Source: Macrostomum lignano
Taxonomy: Eukaryota
Assembly: GCA_002269645.1 (NCBI GenBank)
Contig: NIVC01002287.1
Location: 21,429 to 85,428 of the forward strand
Length of the DNA: 64,000 nt
Reading direction: 5' to 3'
In this document: positions 58,888 through 64,000 of the stretch, piece by piece
How positions within the stretch are numbered: the first letter of the stretch is position 1
Layout: each line of letters opens with the position of its first letter
Made by a program: the position numbers and the translations under genes
The notes under the pieces: generated by a model
Told to the model about the DNA's origin: nothing
The model's database searches: none
Seen by the model: only the letters and a program-made list of their open reading frames with translations

Positions 58888-59247
58888 TCAGTAAGCTTTG
58901 CTGGGGTCGCTCTGCATGGCTTTCCATTCGTTGAAGCTTCCGCTGTAGACGCTTACGTTGGTAAAGTTCAGCTTGATGAGGGCCTCCGCGGCCAGGCCGG
59001 CTCTCCTCCCGGACTTACACGCTGTGACGATCGGGTCATCCGGATTTGGTTTGTCGCCATGGTAACGCGACTTGAACTCCGCGTCTGTCAGCTGCATAGC
59101 CTCGGCGATTTCGTTGTGGGGTACCAGCAGGTACTTTGGATAGGGGCCATCGGTCTTCACCTCGTCCTGGGTGCGCACGTCCAGAAGAAGGCCGCTGTTG
59201 GTCTTCAGCATCTTCACCACCTCATCGTAGTTGACTGTCTTGGCCAT
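58888..59247 (-). CDS. Single-domain rhodanese (thiosulfate sulfurtransferase, TSTD1/TSTD3-like)
   Basis: LLDVRTQDE, active-site loop CKSGRR and terminal YSGSFNEW. Confidence 0.92.
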   Translation of the reverse strand: MAKTVNYDEVVKMLKTNSGLLLDVRTQDEVKTDGPYPKYLLVPHNEIAEAMQLTDAEFKSRYHGDKPNPDDPIVTACKSGRRAGLAAEALIKLNFTNVSVYSGSFNEWKAMQSDPSKAY

Positions 59248-60467
59248 GGCTGATATTAGATTGGGCAGATTTAGTGAAGCAGATGATAATGTCTTTTGAA
59301 TGAATTGTTACAGGTCAGGACAATTAAACTGGTTTAATTAGGCAGAAGCTGCTATAACGCTAGTGATTTTAAATATTTTTGAGTAGAAAAAAGCCTCACC
59401 TTTTGCTAGTTTGAGCAGGAATACAAAGAAACAATGAATGCCACTGTAAATGCGCATACTACGCTTCACTTCAGCTGGCAAAAGCAATTCTGTCGCAAGC
59501 AGCGACCACTTGAGCTATAGCTATAGCTACTCCTTATTGCTCACATTGACTGGCTGTCTCTCCCTTTCTCTCCTTCTTCTGTCCTCTCTCCGTCCTCTTC
59601 TCTAGCCGCTGTGCTTTTCAAACGATTGTTCGAGCTCGTGCAGAGAAATTCAATAGCTAGGGGTTTAATTCAATACCTGCGCAGCCGAATTACCTATTCA
59701 AGCAAGTAATAAATGGGTAAAATGAGCCAACTACGTCCATGGACTGGCCAAGTTCAGGATTGATTTTTGTTCTCTGGTTTGCAGCAAAGACTTTCTCGTC
59801 AAGAAACGAGTCCTCAACCTGTGCATCAAACCATGCAGAGACTATAAATGCACTCAGCGCTCTTCTTTCAGTTTACAGACATTTAGATACATATCATTTT
59901 AATATATCTTTATGTCTAGATCCATGCAAGTCGTGACTAAAATTTCCTTGACTAATTCTAGTTACATATAGTATTTTAATCGATTCATTGAGTTTCAATT
60001 CGTTCAAAAGACACAAAAAGTGACCATGCTAAAATTTTGTCACTGAGTAAGTCACAGAAAACTTTCTTCCCACGCAAGTCAACATAACTGACGACAAAGT
60101 AAGTTATTCCTTAAGCCAATTCCAAAACATTTTTTTCTTTTAGATTAGTCTTCTCATTCGCCATCTCATTCTCTCACTCTCCTATTTTTCTCTCCCGGAC
60201 GCTATTCTATGGGTTGGTTTTGCCATATCTCTGCTTCTGTGAACCAACAATGACCTGCCGAGCGGAAAAGCCTGCAAACGACACGGCTGAACCATTTGTC
60301 ACAGGCAGTTTTCGTTTGATAGGCCCAACTAAAAGAAAACTGGAGACAGGCAGAGTCTATCAGATATAGCATATGCTTTACCTTAAAGCTCGCAAATGCT
60401 ACACATGTAGTAAGACCCAGACACAGCTGCAACATGCCTCATAGTCTCTTAAGACATTTGTGGCCCT

Positions 60468-60700
60468 CGCAGTCACTGCTCTACTGGGCTCCGAGTCGAT
60501 GTGTCAATGCAAGACCACTCCAATCGTTTGTTAGAAGAAATTACCACTGTAGAACTGTGCAGCAAAATCTGTACCTAAAAAAAAACTCCAGCAACGTCTC
60601 TTTAGGTCCCGCACCAGAATCTGAGTGCGTGTACCAATGTCGCTGCAATGCCAGCCGGATTTGTGGAGGAGCACACCGAAACTCCAGCTACGAGAGCATC
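60468..60700 (+). pseudogene. Decayed, internally deleted paralog of the WSC-domain gene
   Basis: Three collinear segments resemble 61490-61865 (signal peptide/ATP region, FVRR...LC..IC, and SYG..G.AP..DCVYQC.GNA..ICGG..RNS.YE) with two large deletions and no intact frame. Confidence 0.8.
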
Positions 60701-61378
60701 GACCTAATGAGTGAGGGCGATCAAACCTGACTGCTGGACAGTTTAATTGACTCTTGGGCCTCGGTGTTCATTGGCATTTGCAGACTCCTAGGAGCGTCGT
60801 TTGCGCATGTTCGCCGCCTCTGCCTTGACGATTTTTTAGCCTACACTGCCTTGTCAGATTGAGCGGCCTGGTGGGTGCATCAAAGCGTGGATCAGCACCC
60901 AACAACGCTCAAATCGGGTTAGTTGCACTACCGGCATGGGAGTCCCCGCCTTCCTGCTGTGTCCCTCCCGGGAATGTCTGCAACTAAGTCCAGTAATTGT
61001 CAAAGTGCAAATTATTCTTATGAATTCATGCAGAGCTTTCGTACCTTGTCTAAGTCGTACGCTCGTAACCAACAAACATCGACGCGTGTTTAAACTGCAA
61101 TTCACTAGTTTATTACTTTTCAAAGCAAATCTAGTTTTTCACTCTAGCGGCTAACAAAAAACTCAAAAACTTTTTCTTCCCATTCCATTCAATGAAAAAG
61201 TTTAAAGGTAGAGCTAAAAAATAGGCATTAAAAGCTGTCACGCATCCGTCACGTCAGTAATTTTTTAGCATCACTCATTGAACAAAAAGCTAAATTTTGC
61301 GTGTCAAATTTACTGCTTAAATTCTAAATTCTCTGCTCGCCCTGGGACTCCAAAAAAACTCAATGCCAGTAGAGCTAC

Positions 61379-61386
61379 TATAAAAG
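61379..61386 (+). promoter_or_regulatory. Candidate TATA box (TATAAAAG) of the WSC-PAN gene
   Basis: Consensus TATA ~70 bp upstream of ATG 61455. Confidence 0.55.
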
Positions 61387-61454
61387 TTTGCAAATGAGAT
61401 CGCTAGCATGTGTGCCAGATACATTTCTTTGTGCGGGATCTCAAAACAGAGGCA

Positions 61455-62239
61455 ATGAGTTCGGGACTCAATGCTTTGGTCGCTGTTGCAGTGGCCGCTC
61501 TGCTGGTCTCCGGGTCGCTGTGCCAGCGCAAAGCCACTCCGGTCTATGTGGGCTGCTTCGTTGACCAAGCTGCTCCCAACAGAGACATGCAGGGCCTGTT
61601 TGGCATCGCCCAGCTTGGACCGTTTAGCGTCACCTATATGGCGCAAGGCTTTGTGCGAAGAAGCGACATGACGGTGGATCTGTGCAGAGAGATCTGCACC
61701 TACGGCGGCTTTCGATACGCTGCAGTTCAGGGCATCAATGACTGCGCCTGCGACTCCAGCTACGGCTCATTCGGACAAGCGCCTGAAGCTGATTGCGTGT
61801 ACCAATGCTCCGGAAATGCCGCCCAGATTTGCGGCGGATCGTACCGAAACTCCATCTACGAGAATGTGTACTCAACTAGTGAGTCAATTTGCACAGTCGC
61901 CTTTTTTTATTGCATAGTCGCGATTGTTTATTCTGCGAGCATATGAATAGGATTTTTCTAAACTTTGCTGAACCCTTTTCTATTCGCCGAAGCCTCCCAA
62001 GGGCGTCTCTTCCGCAAGTTCGCCGCCTCTGCCGCCCTCCGCTGGTCACCACTGCCGAATTCGCCGGCTCCCTGGGCTGGGACGTCAAGACGCAGAGTCT
62101 GATGCAGTGCGCCGCCTCCTGCGCCCGGTCTGCCAGCTGCTCCTCCTATCGCTTCAACAGCAGCAGCGGCCTCTGCCGCCTCAGCAGCTTCGCCACCGCC
62201 TTCGCCAACGAGACTGGCGATGTCTGGATCTCCGCCTAA
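61455..62239 (+). CDS. Secreted WSC-domain + PAN/Apple-domain protein
   Basis: Exon 61455-61878: signal peptide and WSC (YVGCF...MTVDLCREIC...YAAVQ...CAC...C...CSGNAAQICGG...NSIY), donor GTGAGT. Exon 2 encodes PAN-like SLMQCAASC....SCSSYRFNSSSGLCRL and ends at TAA 62237-62239 with an overlapping AATAAA. The exon 2 acceptor is ambiguous (61992 with a frameshift, or 62018). Confidence 0.85.
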
Positions 62240-62461
62240 ATAAAGCCTTTAAGCTGGCTGGCTCACTGACTGCCGCGGTGTTTTTGTGATTCGTTCAATT
62301 CACAGTTCTCATTTGGAAGGGAATAATTAATTTAAAGCAAAAATATAATGAAACTTGAAAGAATAATGCAAATTTTGCTGTTTTAGGGTTTCACACCCAA
62401 AGATTTATTATACCAAGAAGACCGAGTTTATATATTTCATTTCAGCATTCGATTCCGAATA

Positions 62462-62755
62462 GATAACAATAACAATTTATTGCACCTGCCCTATGGACAG
62501 ATGTGCAACCGACAGCTCAGGCAGCTATTGCGCGGCGCATCTGAAGGCTGCGTACGGCTGTTCAGTCCAAGTACTGGGGGGTCGCCACACCACCCCATTA
62601 CCCCAGCTAATGCTGGCACCCATTTTATAGCTGGGTGAACTGAAGCGATGCAGAGTTAAATGTCTTGCTCAAGGAGACAATTTGTTGATCCGGGAATCGA
62701 ACCCCCGACCTTTAAGTCGCGAGTTCGACGCTCTAACCACCAGGCTACAAACCCC
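62462..62755 (-). mobile_element. Full-length tRNA-derived CORE-type SINE
   Basis: The minus strand reads GGGGTTTGTAGCCTGGTGGTTAGAGCG...CTCGCGA...GGTTCGATTCCCGG (A box, anticodon-like loop CGC, B box), then a CORE-like body and an (ATTGTT)-type tail. Second copy at 32141-32415. Confidence 0.88.
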
Positions 62756-64000
62756 AGGAAAAAGGTTCTGGTTGTCCTAATTTGAACATAAATGACTGAG
62801 TCTAAGACAGCTCCGCGTTATTTCAACTTATTTTCGTCTCCATAAGCTCAATAGACATATTTTGTGGTAATCAAAATGAATAAATGAGTAAAACCTCATA
62901 GCTGACAGATAATGCAAGACCAATAGCAACTCAGCTGTTCGTCAAAGCATAATTCGATATTTTCGCAGCAGGTAGCTCGTACTGGAGACTGAGAATGGCA
63001 GTTGAGAGTCAAGTTTCATGAACGCATCCATCCTCATCATGGTCCGCTGCAGTTAAAGTAAGTAAGTTGAGTTCACCACACCTCGCCGCCCTGTAATAAA
63101 GGTAGCGTTAATCTGTAAGGTGTCAAGTCACAAATTGCGTTCAATTCTACTATCAAGACCTTGTGGCGGTCACGCCACACGCGCGTGCGCGCTCCGGCAG
63201 CCACCCCAACCCCGGCCGGGAGGGCCGGCGCTATGTGCACGGTCGCTGTGCGTTGATGGCTGCCCAGTGTACACCGCTGGCCTATATAACTTTAGACCTT
63301 TGTCTCGCGCGCCTCCACCCTGCTACTACCAAATAAACTTTACGTGGCTCAACTCGCCACAACTTGAATATTCCTGACCTGCAGTTCCTGGAGAAGCGTT
63401 CTGAAAGTGACAAAGTATTGAATTTTCAAAGTAGACTTTAAAACATCTGGTGAAATACTGGACAAAAGGTGCTCAGGAAGCAACGACTCACTCGAACAGT
63501 TTTCTACCTCTGCGCCCGCAGTACCGGGCCAACTTGTAGCGCTCGATGTCGCTCAGGGAAACTTGAAGATTCTGCATGTTTGAGGCCACAGAAAGCACAG
63601 CAAATTCAATATTATAGTAGACAGTTAGTAGAAATATAAATATAAAATAAATACTTGCTGGAGGGCTGTAAGCACCCTGGCACAACGCCTTCGGCGACAT
63701 GGTACCACAACCAGAGCTGAGGCAATTCTACCCGTTCTGCCCGCTGACTCCTGAGTACATGCAAGTGCGCCAGTACTTTACACAGGAAACTCATTCACAC
63801 GCTCACACAAGGTGTACAGCGGACCTGACTTATTCTTGAGTAGAATGCATGATAGCCATCTAAGGGCCAACCCGAAGCATTCACTAAATTCTCGTATCAC
63901 GCCTCATGCAGAAGCAGAAGCTTTGACCATTTAGCTGACCCATAATCCAGAGACCTGTCCACGCTCTATACACACGCGGTGACATGCGTTATTTAAGAAA

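Noticed and set aside
63488-63794. Possible decayed THAP domain (VVPGC...IFKFP..DIERYK...CGR) on the minus strand
   Set aside because: Requires several frameshifts and lacks a clear C-terminal CxxHF motif; an HMM search would be needed and I cannot support it by eye.

Overview
Eukaryotic (animal) genomic DNA with GC-rich exons, GT-AG introns, AT-rich spacers and many unrelated minisatellite arrays. The style and gene content suggest a free-living flatworm such as Macrostomum (inference only). Genes in order: frameshifted piggyBac transposase (-), EFCAB11 (+), DEG/ENaC channel (-, 3 exons seen, 5' end not found), GlyT-type SLC6 transporter (+, 10 exons), alpha-arrestin (-, 6 exons seen), GRAMD1/Aster (-, 3 exons), an intronless coiled-coil orphan (+), an intronless CK1-like pseudokinase (-), a single-domain rhodanese (-), and a secreted WSC+PAN protein (+) with a decayed upstream paralog. 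Mobile DNA: the piggyBac, a ~1 kb inverted-repeat-bounded tyrosine-recombinase (Crypton-like) remnant, a full-length Ty3/Gypsy element with otherwise identical LTRs inside GRAMD1 intron 1 (its 5' LTR carries a 239-bp motif-rich insertion), and two copies of a tRNA-derived CORE-type SINE. Most long ORFs in the supplied track are artefacts of tandem repeats or antisense frames. There are no CRISPR arrays or rRNA genes. The most notable observations are the splice-site-anchored minisatellites, the altered ENaC pore residues, the Crypton-like element and the insertion in the LTR. All calls were made by eye without database searches.
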